From Vitrella brassicaformis CCMP3155 (Eukaryota > Protista > Chromerida), in contig CDMY01000947.1 of the NCBI GenBank assembly GCA_001179505.1, positions 124,001 to 188,000 of the forward strand: 64,000 nucleotides of DNA, written 5' to 3'. Each line of letters opens with the position of its first letter. Positions within the stretch are counted from its first letter, which is position 1. Below are positions 11,190 through 23,989 of this stretch, one piece after another. The position numbers and the translations under genes are program-made. The notes under the pieces are model-generated. The model did not search any database, had not been told where the DNA came from, and saw only the letters and a list, made by a program, of their open reading frames with translations.

Positions 11190-12081
11190 CTACTCGTCCT
11201 TGTCTGCACACACACACACACACAACAACAACAATAATGACAACAGAGTGCACCCACGCATGATGGATCGTCATGTCGGCCGTGTGTGCGTGTCGTGCTA
11301 CCGGTCCGTGCTTTGTCGAAGTCCTCCTTCCTCTTGTGTGAGATCTGACCGACGCATCAGCATCACACACGCAATGCATCCATCAACAGGACCAGGGCAT
11401 GAACATGAATACGACTCACACACCCGTCAGGTGTCTACCATTTGGTTGACGACCGAGCCGAATGTCTTGTCGAGTTTCTCGACCATCATCTCGTCGGCCA
11501 TCTTGTGTGGCTTCTCCAGAAACTTGTACCACAGAAACGCAGCACCCTGACTCACGGGGAGGCACACACACAGAAAGGAGGGGATGGAATACGTCCCTTT
11601 TCTGCTGGTCTGGGTGCGATGAGTCGTGTCCATTCACCTGGAACTCAGGGTGGATGAGCCAGAGGAAGGCCAGCACCTTCAGCTCCGAATACAGAGGGAA
11701 GCTGCACACACACAGACAGGCACAAGACACACGCACAGACACACACACATCCATGGTTGGCTTCTCCTTTGCGCGTGTGGCTGTGTGTGTGTGTGTGTGT
11801 TACTAAGGAATAAGGAAGAAGATGAGGTTTCTCTCGACGAATGTGTAGAGGAGGTAGATGACCCAGTATATCGTCCACTGCACTATCTTGGTCTCGCCCT
11901 TCTCGCCCTTGACCAGCATCTGAAACGTGCAGGCCGCCGGCCACACCAACTGCACTCCCACGCTGAACACACACACACACCACACACACGATGGATGAGT
12001 GCTTGCCCCTCGCCATGGCTCTTTTGTGTTGCCGCGGAGGGCTCACCCGAGGAGGCCAATGAAAGGCACGACGGACAGCAT
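11190..12081 (-). CDS. HVA22/TB2-DP1/REEP-family ER-shaping membrane protein
   Basis: Spliced: MLSVVPFIGLLGVGVQLVWPAACTFQML..IVQWTIYWVIYLLYTFVERNLIFFLIP|FPLYSELKVLAFLWLIHPEFQ|GAAFLWYKFLEKP. Likely ends ISHKRKEDFDKARTDKDE*; the last two exons are less certain. Confidence 0.88.
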
Positions 12082-12225
12082 CGTCGATGCACAGAAGCTC
12101 AAATTTCGGAACGGCGCTGCTCCCAAGCACCACGAGAGACCACCAAAGCTCCGAGCTCTCCTTCTGAACCTGCAAGCTAAGCTCGCAACTGCGAAGAGGA
12201 GGGAAAAGGAGGAAAGGGCAAGGTG

Positions 12226-13358
12226 ATGGAAGTGCAGGACGTCGCGGATATCATCAATGACACAGACCGCCTTTCATCGCTCTCCACCTGCACCTGTCAG
12301 CCAGAGATGGTGAGAAGGCATAAGCAGTACAGTGCATGCAGAGATCGAGATCTCCACAACTGTGGCTGCTCTTTCGCCTCCCTCTGCAGATGGGTATGCT
12401 TCTTGAGAAGATCCGCGGCCTGCATAAGGTCAACGCTGAGATCAGCGAGCGCATCGAGGCGACAAGGGACTGGCGTCACAGTGGTGGTCAGCCACACGGC
12501 CAAGCTGACTGTGGGCGGGGCGACGCCGGGCAGACTCAGCCTGACTTTCCAGCCGGTCACGAAGCCGGCCGCCGCCTACATCGACAAACATGCGATAACT
12601 GCCACAATGCAACACATCCCGGACGTGTTCAACGACAAGATTGACTATGCGCCCAAGAAGTACGACGACCTGAAGGCCCTCACAACGTGAGCATGCTGCC
12701 GGTGGCCGAGAAGTATGCACTGTTCGAGGGCACTGCGTCATCACTCAAGGTCAGTGCAAGACAGGATGAGAAGAAGTCTATGGTGTGCACACAAATATAA
12801 GGGCGGCTGCCTGCCTGTCTGTCTGTCTGTCAGGTTTTGAAGCAGTTTCAGGAGAATTTCGAGGTCGTGCAGAGCGAACTCGGCAAGATCGAGGCCCGGC
12901 CCACTTGGGGGTATGTCTGTGCCCGGCCCACTCGTTTCAGGGTGCTCCCTGAAACCGCTGGGGTGGACCACGACGACATTCCACCGGCGGCTATCGGGAT
13001 TCCGATCCAGGACATTCCGAACGAGCAGCAGCAGGTGCAGCAGGTGCAGCAGATCAACGCCCACATCAAAGCCCTCGAAGCCATGCTCAATCCGAAGGCG
13101 GGCGAACACATGGCGTGTCCGGACGAGTGCCACATCACCTCCGTCACCTGCTCATGCGGCAGCAACAAGTGTGCCCTCTCTGATCCAGCGGGTTTGAGGG
13201 AGCTGGAAAAGAAGGGCGTTTGCAGCTTTGTGTGCACCACTCGGAGTGGGGCCGGGGGCGTGCCCAAGTGTGGGTCGTGCGGAAAGACCCTAGTCGGCTT
13301 CACGCAATGGACTGGCAGCATGGCCTGCAGCCTCAAGGTTGGGAGCGAGCAGAACTGA
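12226..13358 (+). CDS. Hypothetical protein with coiled-coil middle and Cys-rich C-terminus; apparent frame break near 12470
   Basis: Exons with strongly GC3-biased codons (LEKIRGLHKVNAEISERIE; YIDKHAITATMQHIPDVFNDKIDYAPKKYDDLKAL; VLKQFQENFEVVQSELGKIE). The C-terminus CPDEC..CSCGSNKC..CSFVC..CGSCG..W..C could bind metal. No family recognised. Confidence 0.55.
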
Positions 13359-13913
13359 GGATATAGAGATATTGGGTGGGTCGTGTCTAGATGTGGATAG
13401 CCAGCTGGGTCGGCTGGGGCTGTACGTGTACCTCCCTCCCTCCCTCCTTCGTTTTTCCGTTTTTACCAGATGTTCCATCTATGTATCTGTGCCTTCGCTG
13501 CTGCTGTGTGCTCCCATCGACTTCTGCATCTGTAGGTCATGTATGACTGAATCGCGAAAAGGCTCGGTTCGGTTGCGCGTGGCCCGCGGCTGCCATGGAG
13601 GCGATGTGGCGTGGACAGACAGCCCTGGATAAGCAATCATGTTCGGTCTTTGCGACATGCTGAGTAATGAGTAGCTCTGTTGGTGTGTGTTATGCGCATA
13701 TTTCCATGCAAATTTTAGAGATGACATTGTCCGTGCGTGCTATCTGGACTTGCTCTCACTTGTGTAGCTGACTGACTGAACGGACGGCCAACAATGGATG
13801 GATAAAAGACGCGCATCTATCATGCGCCAATGAATACGTCCTTCGCAGTATCACCACACACGCACATCTAGCCTGCCTGTCTGCCTGACCGACTCATTCA
13901 TTCATTCATTCAC

Positions 13914-15790
13914 TCACTGGTCACTTAATGTACAAGACCCCTCACGGCCTCGCGGAGGCCATACGACTTGGGTCCATACACCATCCGTGAGAAATACGAC
14001 ACATGGGCAGGGCTCCCGATCGGCCAACACGACAGAAACCTGAATACGCGACAGAGGCGATATAGAACCGATGGACGCATAGGAGAACGCCCTTCGTGCC
14101 CACACCATTAAGTACCTGTTGAGCCATGCGACACGATCATACGCCAGTGGGATGGCCTCAACCACCGCCCGCCCCGGGATGAGGGCACTGTAAAGCGGCA
14201 GCGGCAGCCGACGGGCGAGCGCAACGCATGACGGACGGCCCATCCGCAGGGCCTTCTCTCTGAGCAGAGAGGTGGGGCCGACCGACGGATGGGCGACGCG
14301 AGTGATGACGCCTGCTGTGGGTGCTTGGTGCTTGTTGGTGTATCCTAGCGGCAGCAGTGAGAAGTTGGGCATGCCCGCAGACCCGTTGTTGAAGAGCACA
14401 CGCATTGCACCGCTGGATGACTGATGGATGGATGGACAGAGCAACCACCCTGCAGTGAGCCTCCCACGCCTGTATGTGATCTTACTCACTAACCTTGTAT
14501 GCGACTGCCACAGGCAGGCATGTATGCGTCGACAAGACGCCGCTCACACCCATGGCGTCGCAATCGGCAGTGAATCGCCGCAAGAATTCCACCCCACAGC
14601 CATCACCGCTGTCATTCTCGCACATAGCGCCGTCATCACTCAGACACCGCCTGACAACCTCAGCCGACGGCACCTCCTCAGCACCCAACGACCACCCAGC
14701 CAGGGAGTGCGTGTCGCCATGGACGACAGCGAACGTGCATGATGGTGCATCGGGGTCTCTACCACACGGCTCGACGGTCAGCCGCACGTGCTTTGGCAGC
14801 TGGCTGAGTCGCTGCTGGATGGCAGAAAAGCGCCGCGCTGTCTGGTGAAGGATGCGGATGATCTCATTCGAGCGAGCCACCACTCCGTCATCGACATAGG
14901 GCGGATACGCGCAGCCTGAACCACAAGGTCATGTGAAGGCTCTAGAGCGTCTTTGTATCTGCTGCTGGTGTTGCTCACTCACCACATCCAGTGTCTGCAT
15001 CCACTGTGTCCTTCGCAATCTCCACCTCAACATTGCCCGCCGTGGCCCACGTGTTGCTGCCCTTCCCATCGCCCACCACCGCCTCATTGACATGCTGGAA
15101 GTCGCCATCGAATGCATTGAACGAGTTGAAGTCGCCACTGAAGATCAGAGCCGGCTCGCCGTCCATCCCAAGCTCCTTCAGCAGCCGGTGCTCTGATGCA
15201 TGAAGGTCGAGGAGGGTCCTCAGTGCCTCAGTGTTGCCGTAGAGCCCGCCCACCTGTTTGTGTGCGGCAAGAGAACGTGTACCATTTTACATGTAGACGA
15301 GTGAATGAATCGTTCTGGTTCGTGTGAGAGTACCACGTAGGCCGATGACGCCGCCACAGTGTGCCCTTCTCGGATGTGTGCTGGCGTGTAGCGGTAGGAA
15401 AGTGGGCAGGACCGGCCCTCAGCACTCATAATGTCAGCAGTAGCAGAGCACAAGTCAGTGGCAGCAGAAGCAGATGGGAAAGGCCTGAACACACACAGAG
15501 GGCAGGAAAGCAGGAAGGTTGCACAAGTGCAGTGCAGATGAGCGCCTGCGTCAAAGGCACTGATGGCGGTGTCATGACATGGCTGCCAATGCTTATCCCA
15601 CGGTAGCGGCTGCTTGCTCGGTGATCGAAGATCTGCCACAAACACACGATCAGATGATGCTGATCTGACACGGTGAGGCACGCACACACTTTGTGACGGA
15701 TGCGTGCGGTTCTTGATCTGACTGTTCGTCGGGATAGATGGCAGCCCCTCCAGGCACAGATCGGCGGAATGATTGGTTGCTGAGCTCGCA
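13914..15790 (-). CDS. Hypothetical protein, possibly endonuclease/exonuclease/phosphatase (EEP) superfamily
   Basis: Exon 15253-14975 contains ALIFSGDFNS, a GDFN motif typical of EEP enzymes. A later exon has PLGYTNKH. I did not find a clear terminal SDH motif, and both ends are uncertain. Confidence 0.42.
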
Positions 15791-15847
15791 ATGGGGGCTG
15801 TGGGGGCGAGACGATTGAATCACGTCGTTCACTTTGGCAACCTGAAG

Positions 15848-18800
15848 ATGCATCGTATATTTCTGTTCCTGAACCTTTGGCTGACCCCTTTATTTATTCA
15901 AGCAGTCCCTTCATCACACATCATCCAGCGTTTCCCGCGGCGTGTGCTGCCGGGAAGGGCTTTGCAGGGCAACGAGAGCTATGATGGCAGCTGCACCTGG
16001 ACAGATTGCGCCAAGTGGTACCTCCTGTCGGCCTCAGTGGTCTTCCGACCCACGGTCACGCCTTTGGGCGTCTCATCCCCCCAGTCACTCATCCTGCCGC
16101 TGGACGAACTGGACGAGCTCTCAAGCTCTGAGTGTGGCCCGTGCGATGCTGACGCCGAGGCGCTCAGCAGGATGACAGTCAAGATAGGCCTGATGAACGA
16201 GACTGAGGCGACAATCTTTGGGACGGATCTCTGCTCGGTGTCGTTCATTGTGTGCATCCGATTACCTGATGGGGCTGAGGGATAGTAAGCACCAGTGACC
16301 CCACACATAAGCCACACCCCCAATGACCTCTTCCTCTTGTTTCCTCCTCTTTGTTTCCAGTCTCTTTCTGCTGTGGGGGAATCACGAGGGAGGGCAGGTG
16401 ACGGAGTGGGTGGTGTCGTTGAGGAAAAGGGTACCATTTCCAGCCGATGTCTATGAGCTGAGAGCAGTTCTCGGTCTGTGGATTACCAGTGTGCCTTTTG
16501 AGGGGCATTTGACGGGCCAAATAGGCGATTTGGCATCACTGCGGCTTCTGTATCTGCGGCGGGTGAGGAGAGGACGGACAAGGAGAGAAAGATGAATATT
16601 GAATGTGTGTATGTGCATGTCTCTCAGACATACCTTGAAGGCAGCATTCCCTCATCGATCAGCAGGTTAACTTCTCTCAAGGCTCTGGACCTCGCAGGCT
16701 CATCGCAAAAGGGAAAAAGCTTCTCAGGACCACTGCCGGACCCCCGTCTGGAATCCCTCGAGCTGGTTTCAATCACCGACACCGAATTCAGTGGATCCTT
16801 CACAGACGACCAGATCGTCAGGCTGCAGCAGTTGAAGTATTTGACACTCGAGCGGCCCGGCCTGCTTCTTGAGACCATCCCTACCACTCTTAGCTACAAC
16901 TTGACGTCCTTGGTGCTCAAGAATGTTGGCCTATCTGGCCCCATGCCGGCGTGTCTGGGAGGCATGACGAATCTCGAGACCCTCGATTTGCAAAACAACG
17001 GCATTCATGGATCCATTCCGGAGTTCCTTAACAACCTCACGCACCTGAAACACCTGAGGCTGCAGAACAATCGACTGAATGGCAGTCTCCCGGAAGACTT
17101 CGGATCCACGTGGCTGCAACTTGAAGAGTTGGAGCTGCACCGGAATGAGGTGAGGCCAGAAACACAAATGAGGCAAGAGACACAAGATCGCGAGCTGATT
17201 GTTTCTGGTTGCCTACAGCTGTCAGGGCCTCTGCCTGTGGCGCTCGCAAAGGCGGTAAACGTGTGTCGCATCGACCTCCATGGCCAAGGGGAGGTGGACC
17301 GAGGCTTCTCCGGCGGCCTTCCGCCAGGGTGGGGCTCGCTGACAAAGCTGGAGCACCTGAACCTGAAGGATAACAATCTCACCGGCACCATTCCTGGACA
17401 GTGGGCCAGCTTGGTGGAATTGCAGGGACTGAATCTTGAGCGAAACCATCTATCTGGGACTCTGGATGCTCTTGGGTCGCTTCGGAAACTGATGACACTG
17501 CACTTGAGCCATAACATGGTCCGACACGAGACCGAGTCAGATGAAAGAACACACGAGGGTATGGCTCCGGTTCGCAAGGGCACACAGCGGCCGTGCCTCT
17601 TTGTGTGTGCCTCTGTAGTTTGAAGGACCGGTGCCTGACGGGTTGGGCGGATGCAAAGGCCTGGAAGAGCTCATCGCCGACCACAACCAGTAACCATCTG
17701 ACAATCGTCATCACACAAGGCGTCCACACCCTGCCTGAGCACTGTGTCTCCTCGATGCAGCTTGACGGCCCTCCCAGCGTCGCTTGAAAACTGGACAAAT
17801 CTGGAGAAACTCTCGCTGAGCAGCAATGAGCTCGGCGGCACGCTGCCGTCTCTGGAGCCTCTCGCATCACTAAGAAGGCTCGACCTGAGCTACAATCGCA
17901 TAGAAGGATTCAGAGGCAACGGATCAGTACTAGACACGTAAAAAGAATAGCATGGTGTCTTGTGGACGCGTGTTACTCTCTCGGCATTCGGTGCGTGTGT
18001 CTCAATCAGGCTAGAGTACATCAACCTGCACAGCAACAATCTGCACTTCGTTCCGTCGTCCTTCAATCGCCTTCTTCGTGTAAAAGAGCTTTATCTGGGC
18101 AACAACAGCTTTGACTTCTACACCTGGCCAGAATGGTTCGAGACGGCCCGGGGATACTGCTCGGACAATCCTCACATAAGTATGTGTACAAGCAGGACTG
18201 AAGCACCTATGTTGTTGACACTCTGATCATTTTATTGCTTTGCCTCAGCAACATTGTTTGTTGCCAATGAGTTGTTGGCTGTGTTGCCGCCTCCCGACTG
18301 GCCCCAGATGCGGAAAATCGACCTTTCACACAATCCGCTGGGCGTGGAAGTCACAGACTTTTTACAGGCCTTTCGAGCTATGCCAAGGTGAGCGAGACAC
18401 ATACATTTGCGGATGCAATGCATTGATTGTCTGTTGTCCTATGCAGTTTGACGCATCTCAACTGCACTGGATGTCAGCTAACAGGCGCACTAACGTGCGA
18501 TCTCCTGCATCACTTCGACATGAAAGAAGTGCGAGAATGGGTGGCCAGCCGGCCAAACGCCGACTGGAATGGCTCCGTGGTAAGCGCAAGAGAAGATACA
18601 CACCAAAATGTCTCACGATAAGCTGGCTATCTCTTTTCTTACTCGTGCTGAAGCAGGGCTTCGTGTCTTCGACAGAGAGCTTTGAAGCCCTTTCATCAAC
18701 CGGCATCCTCACCCTTGCTTCCAACAACATCACAGTAGTAGATACGAGCGGTGAGCCGCTTAGCAAACTCGCCCGCGCCATCGACCTTCGCGACAACATG

Positions 18801-21800
18801 ATTGAGAGATTTGCCGTGACGGACGATGAAGCGGGCGATTGGGCGTGGCCAGCACACCTCGACCTGAGAGACAACCCACACCTGAGATTGTTTGTCAACA
18901 CAACCATGCAGATACGGGTCAGTGACGAAGCAGAGAGACTTTCTGTGACAAGACATCCTTTTTCTGTGTTTTGTAGGGATGCTCTGAGCTGGTGATGCTG
19001 CGTGGCCAGCGTGACATTTCCAAGGGGCATGCGCTTGTTCGTGATCCGAACTGGCCCGACATAATGCGTAAGCAGGCGGAGCAGACGGCAAGACAGTATG
19101 CTGTACTTGCCTTGTGTGCTGATCACGTGTCCACCTGTGGTCGTAAGGCAGCTGAGGAGGTGGAACAAATGGGGGGATCGCAATGCTCGCGCGTCTGTCG
19201 CACTATCGCTGACGTTCAGGTGAGGTGAGTCAGCCAAGATGATCCATGTCTCGCGCTGCATATCTCTTGGCGCATAGGTCGACGAGAGCGTCAACAGATC
19301 GGCATTGTGTCGATGTGTCCCTGGATATGCCGGTGAGGGCCGCAACTGCACAATGTGCCCGCCAGGTACCTACTCCAACCACAGGGTCAACACGACGCAA
19401 TGCCACCCATGCCCCGTCGGATCGAGTAAGGACAAACATGAATACATGCAAGTAAAACTCCAGAGACACAGCGCTCTCCCTTTATTTGATTCCTTGCAGC
19501 GTCGGACATGGGTGCTGGTTCGTGCTACTGCATTGAGGGATATTCAATGAACAACTTTGAGCAGTGCCAGCCGTGCCAGTCGGGCAATTACGGCAGCCTG
19601 CCAGAGGAGGGCGCGGCGGTGTGTCTCGCCTGTGGCCTAAATTTCCTGTCTGAAGAGGGCAGCATTGGGCAGGAACAATGTTACTGCAGAAAAGGATACA
19701 TCAGGTCGGCTGTCTAAGTGTGCACCCAGGCAAATGGGCGTGCAAGAGAATGTGCACCACTTCCTTTCACAGGGACTCTCAGAGGCCGATATGCGAAGAG
19801 TGCATCGAGGGCATCAAGTGTGACGAGCCGATTGTCAACAGTTCAGTGGTGCCGATGGAGCGGGAGTACTATCAGCTCACCGTCACACGGGACAACGTCA
19901 GCAATGGGATGGAGACGACAACGTGAGGCCATTGCACATCACACTGGACAGGACAGTCAGGCAGATTGGCGTCTTTGCAGGTATGCCGCCACGCTGACAA
20001 ATTTGCCTGTGGTCATCCACTGTCCGTTCAAGAAGGCCTGCCTGGGAACGGATGAAGAAACGGGACTCACCAAATGTGCGGTGAGTGTCCCCTCCGTCGG
20101 ACTGAAGAACAAAACGACAGCCTTCCTCTCGTGCAGGATGGCCACCAGGGATTTGTGTGCGGCGTGTGCAAGGACGGATATGCGAGACAGGGCCCACAAC
20201 AGTTCTGTCTTCCCTGTGAACTCGGGCTGAACATTCTGGCTGCGATTGGACTCATCGTCGTGTCCTTTGCGGCTATCTTTGGCCTCACATATTTTGCTGA
20301 GAGGTGAATTACTTCCCCACACACACTTGTGATCTGTCCGCTCCTCTCTCCATTTGTGCTATTGTTCTGTCTCCAGGGCTGGGGCGAAGTCAAGAGATGA
20401 TGTCATCAGTGTGTTGCTGAAGCTTGGCTTAAACCATCTCACATCGGTACATGGCCTGTGTATCATGATTCTGTCAGCCCTCTAATATCTGACAGATAAG
20501 CGTGTTGGCGTCGTTGGTCCTGACGATGTCTTACGATGACGACCGCTTTAGTGTCGTGCTGTCGACCTCCTCGCGATGGTTTACGTGGGATGGGGGCCTG
20601 CCTTTTGCCTACGCGTCGTGGGACTGCATCATCCGGCTTGTACGATCCGACATGAAGAGAACCGCCGTGCTGTGGAGACACGCCGTGTGGATCGCTATCC
20701 CACTGGTGTGTCCGGACCAAAATGGATACACAGAAAGACAGTCATTGTGGCTGCATTGTGTGTCAATCAGGTTTGTCTCATTATCATCCCCATTATCGGC
20801 GCACTCGTCACGTGGTGTTCGGGCTGGTTGAGACGCTGCTGTCGATACGGCTTCACGCGGCCGCCGAATCTCTATGTATCTCCACAGAGACAAGCTGAAG
20901 GCCAGTTGCAGTCCGAGGCGCCGCGCGTTCTGCGTCGGGGCTGGGGAGTGTGGATGAAGAGCTTTCTGGATGAGAGAGCCGCCCTTCTCATCATCATACT
21001 GACCTTCACGCACCCCACGGTCACAAGGAATATGTTGATGCTGCTGCGATGCCGACCGTATGTATATCTTGACGACGCCAACCAGCTCACAATGAGATCA
21101 AGGCCGGATGTCAATCCAGATTTGTTGTGCGGCGAGTGGCCGCACGAGTTCTTTCGCCTGCTCGGCATTGCTGGCTTGATTCTATGGAGCTTTTCGCCTG
21201 TCATAATTGGTGTGGTGTTGCTGTCCTGCATTCACGACCAGCTGCGCTCGCCCAAGATGCGCATGGTGAGCGATCGGTAGACACGCAATCCGGCTGAAAG
21301 AGATTGCCTTTGCTTTTCTTTTCCTGCAACTGTCTTCTGCGTCTGTGCCTTTATGTAGAGGTTTGGCTTCCTCTACCAGGTAAGGCTGACAGGAGAGGAC
21401 AACGGGTGTGAACTCTGAGAAAACAAGTGCAACTATACGTCGGTTGATGTGTGCCTCCGCCCTGCAGGGGTATAAGAGAGCATATGCCTATTGGGTAAGA
21501 ATCCTCCCTTGTTCTTGCACTCCTCCCAGCCAAACGGCCTACTTTTTATTTCCTCTTCCCTTCTGTGTGCTACGCAGGACGCCGTCTTTGCTCTGAGGTT
21601 TCCCATTAATGGATAGATAGTCTTCATTTTCATTATTTCTTCTTGTGTGTCGTATGCAGGCGCGTCATGGTGCTTCTGGTCTCCCATATGGCCGTGGGTG
21701 AGCCGGGCCTCCAGCTTGTTGGGTGGAGCATCATCGCGATATTCTGTCTGACCATGCATCTGCTCGTATTGCCGTTCGACCATCGACACATGGACATGTT

Positions 21801-23633
21801 GAATCGCATAGAGTCGCAGGGTCTCGTCGTCTGGCTCACATCGATCATGCTGCTGTCAGTGATCGTCGAGAGCCATGCTCCTGACTGGGCTAGCGCTTTG
21901 CTGCTGTTGCTGGCGATGCTCCTCAACCTCTACCACTACTTCTGCCTCTTGTCGCTAATTTGCTATCATGGGCTATCGCAAGTCGCTGAGAAGAAGGACG
22001 AGCTCTCGACACGCCTCACGACAATCGGGACTAAGTTCGGTGAGATATGGCCTTCTAGACCGTGATTTCGCATGGTCTTTCGCCGCCCTTCTTGTCTCTT
22101 TCTAAATCAGGCGTGACAGCTGCCTCTTGGCTCTCTATGCCGCAATCCACAGTCCTCACCATGCCGGCCGTCACGTGGCTATCAAGTCTCCTCGCCTGGC
22201 ACGCTCAGCGAGACGAGAGACGGCGGATGATGTTCGGGAAGGTCTGGCTTGACTGGGACACAGGCAGGCTCATGTGGGTCGAAGAAAGGCGGGACACCGT
22301 CCCGTCAAGCTCCCCGTCATCGAACGAGTTTCACAGCAACAGCAAGAGGCGTCACGGGGGCCGTTGCTGTCGGATTGTCGGTTTCGTAAGGTCTCTGTGG
22401 CTCGGCAGCAGCAGCGAGCGACGGTTGGTGAGGAAAGGTGTGCTGGTGTCGCAAATGCTGAGTGCGGCTATGGAAGAGGCGATTGAGCTCCTGAAGATCA
22501 AAGATGTAAGACGGCTACGTACACAACCTTAGTATGTATCTCGATCGTGTGTGTCTCCTGTATGTATCTGTCTGTTCTCTTCTTCTTGTCAGGTGCCCCC
22601 AGATTTTCTGGACTTTCTGTGGTCGTATTGCTTTGTCCTCCACTCGTCATCTGCGGAGAAAAAGGTGACATGACAGCAACACTACTGGGAAATCAAGAAT
22701 TCGCACTGTTTGGGCCATTTCTGCACAGCTCAAGAAGGAGTCAATCGCGCCTCGACACCGGCCACCCGAAGGTCCGCCACCGGCTCGTCGGATCGCGTTT
22801 CCTGATGCATTTGTGCGTGCAGATGGCAGTCGAGAGTTTTCTGTTGTCGAGAGCCTGCCCAGCCAAGTCCTCAGTCAGATGACCGAGCAGGCCAGGAGGG
22901 TGGACATGCACTCTTTCTGGTCAAGGGGCCTCACGGCATCTGAGGAGTCTTTCATCGCCTGCGGAAGGTGAACGGTCGTCCATATGTACACACGCACACA
23001 CAGACAAAGACACCGAATACACATAAGGAAATATGTGCCTATTTACCATTTCTCAAGCGTCGCTGCCGACTGGGCAAGGAGCGGCATGACGCTGCATGAC
23101 CTACAGGTCAGAGACACGCCTGATAACTCTCTTCTCTGCCTGTCCACATGGCCGTACGTCTCCCCTCCCTCACCCACCTCAGTCGAAGCTGCTATTGGTC
23201 GTGGACGAGCTGGTCACGCGCCAGCATGACTACGAGGAATCGATTCGCCGCAGGGCCAGGACGAAACAGCACATCAGGAGCCTTTCTGTGGCCAATCTGA
23301 TGACATACCACTCCAGCAGTGGCAGCCTGGAGGCCCACGACCATGTGGGGGGCTGGCGAGAGCTGTACTGGACGTACCAGAGGGCCAAACAGAAGATGAG
23401 ACACGCCGAACCACCGAATGTAAGTATACAAAACAGATGCACGTCTACGCGAGAGTGCTGTCGCTTCTTGTTGTCTTTAGCTCCAAATTCAGATGAATGG
23501 TCGTGAAGACGGTGCTGTCGTGGAAAGGCCCGATGCTCATCTGGAAAGGATTGTGACGGCAGATGTGTCAAATGTGAGCGACGAAGATGAGGGGGTTGAC
23601 GCCAGGGTGCAGTCGTTTTCGGTGCATTCATGA
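15848..23633 (+). CDS. Receptor-like membrane protein: signal peptide, plant-type LRRs, Cys-rich (EGF/GCC2-GCC3-like) repeats, multi-pass TM domain, cytoplasmic tail
   Basis: MHRIFLFLNLWLTPLFIQA signal peptide. LRRs of the type LETLDLQNNGIHGSIP and LEHLNLKDNNLTGTIP. Cys repeats CRCVPGYAGEGRNCTMCPPGTY and CQPCQSGNYG. CPFKKACLG..GHQGFVCGVCKDGY precedes several hydrophobic helices and FGFLY.GY..YYW. The last exon ends VQSFSVHS* at 23633. Confidence 0.85.
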
Positions 23634-23989
23634 GGCGGGTGGATGCATCGACGATATGCGAGGGACCGACAGCTACAACGGACACCATGAGGCCTTTTCT
23701 GTCATGTGTGGACACAGCGACGTGTAGTTCTGTCGCGGCCCATGCATGTTGACTGCTGACCTGTGTTGCGGCTGGTGTAACGAATGTATGTGTGTAAGTG
23801 TGTGTGATGCGTGACGGGTGGCAGGCGTGCGGACACCTCAAGAACGGACTCGTAATGCGTCCAGTCTGGCTGCCATGCGTCTGTCTGTCTATGGTCGCGC
23901 AGTTCCCTCCCACCTGCCCACCCCTACGAATGCACATTGCACACACAGGTATCCACACATCATCATGAATCATCTTATGCACACCGTAT

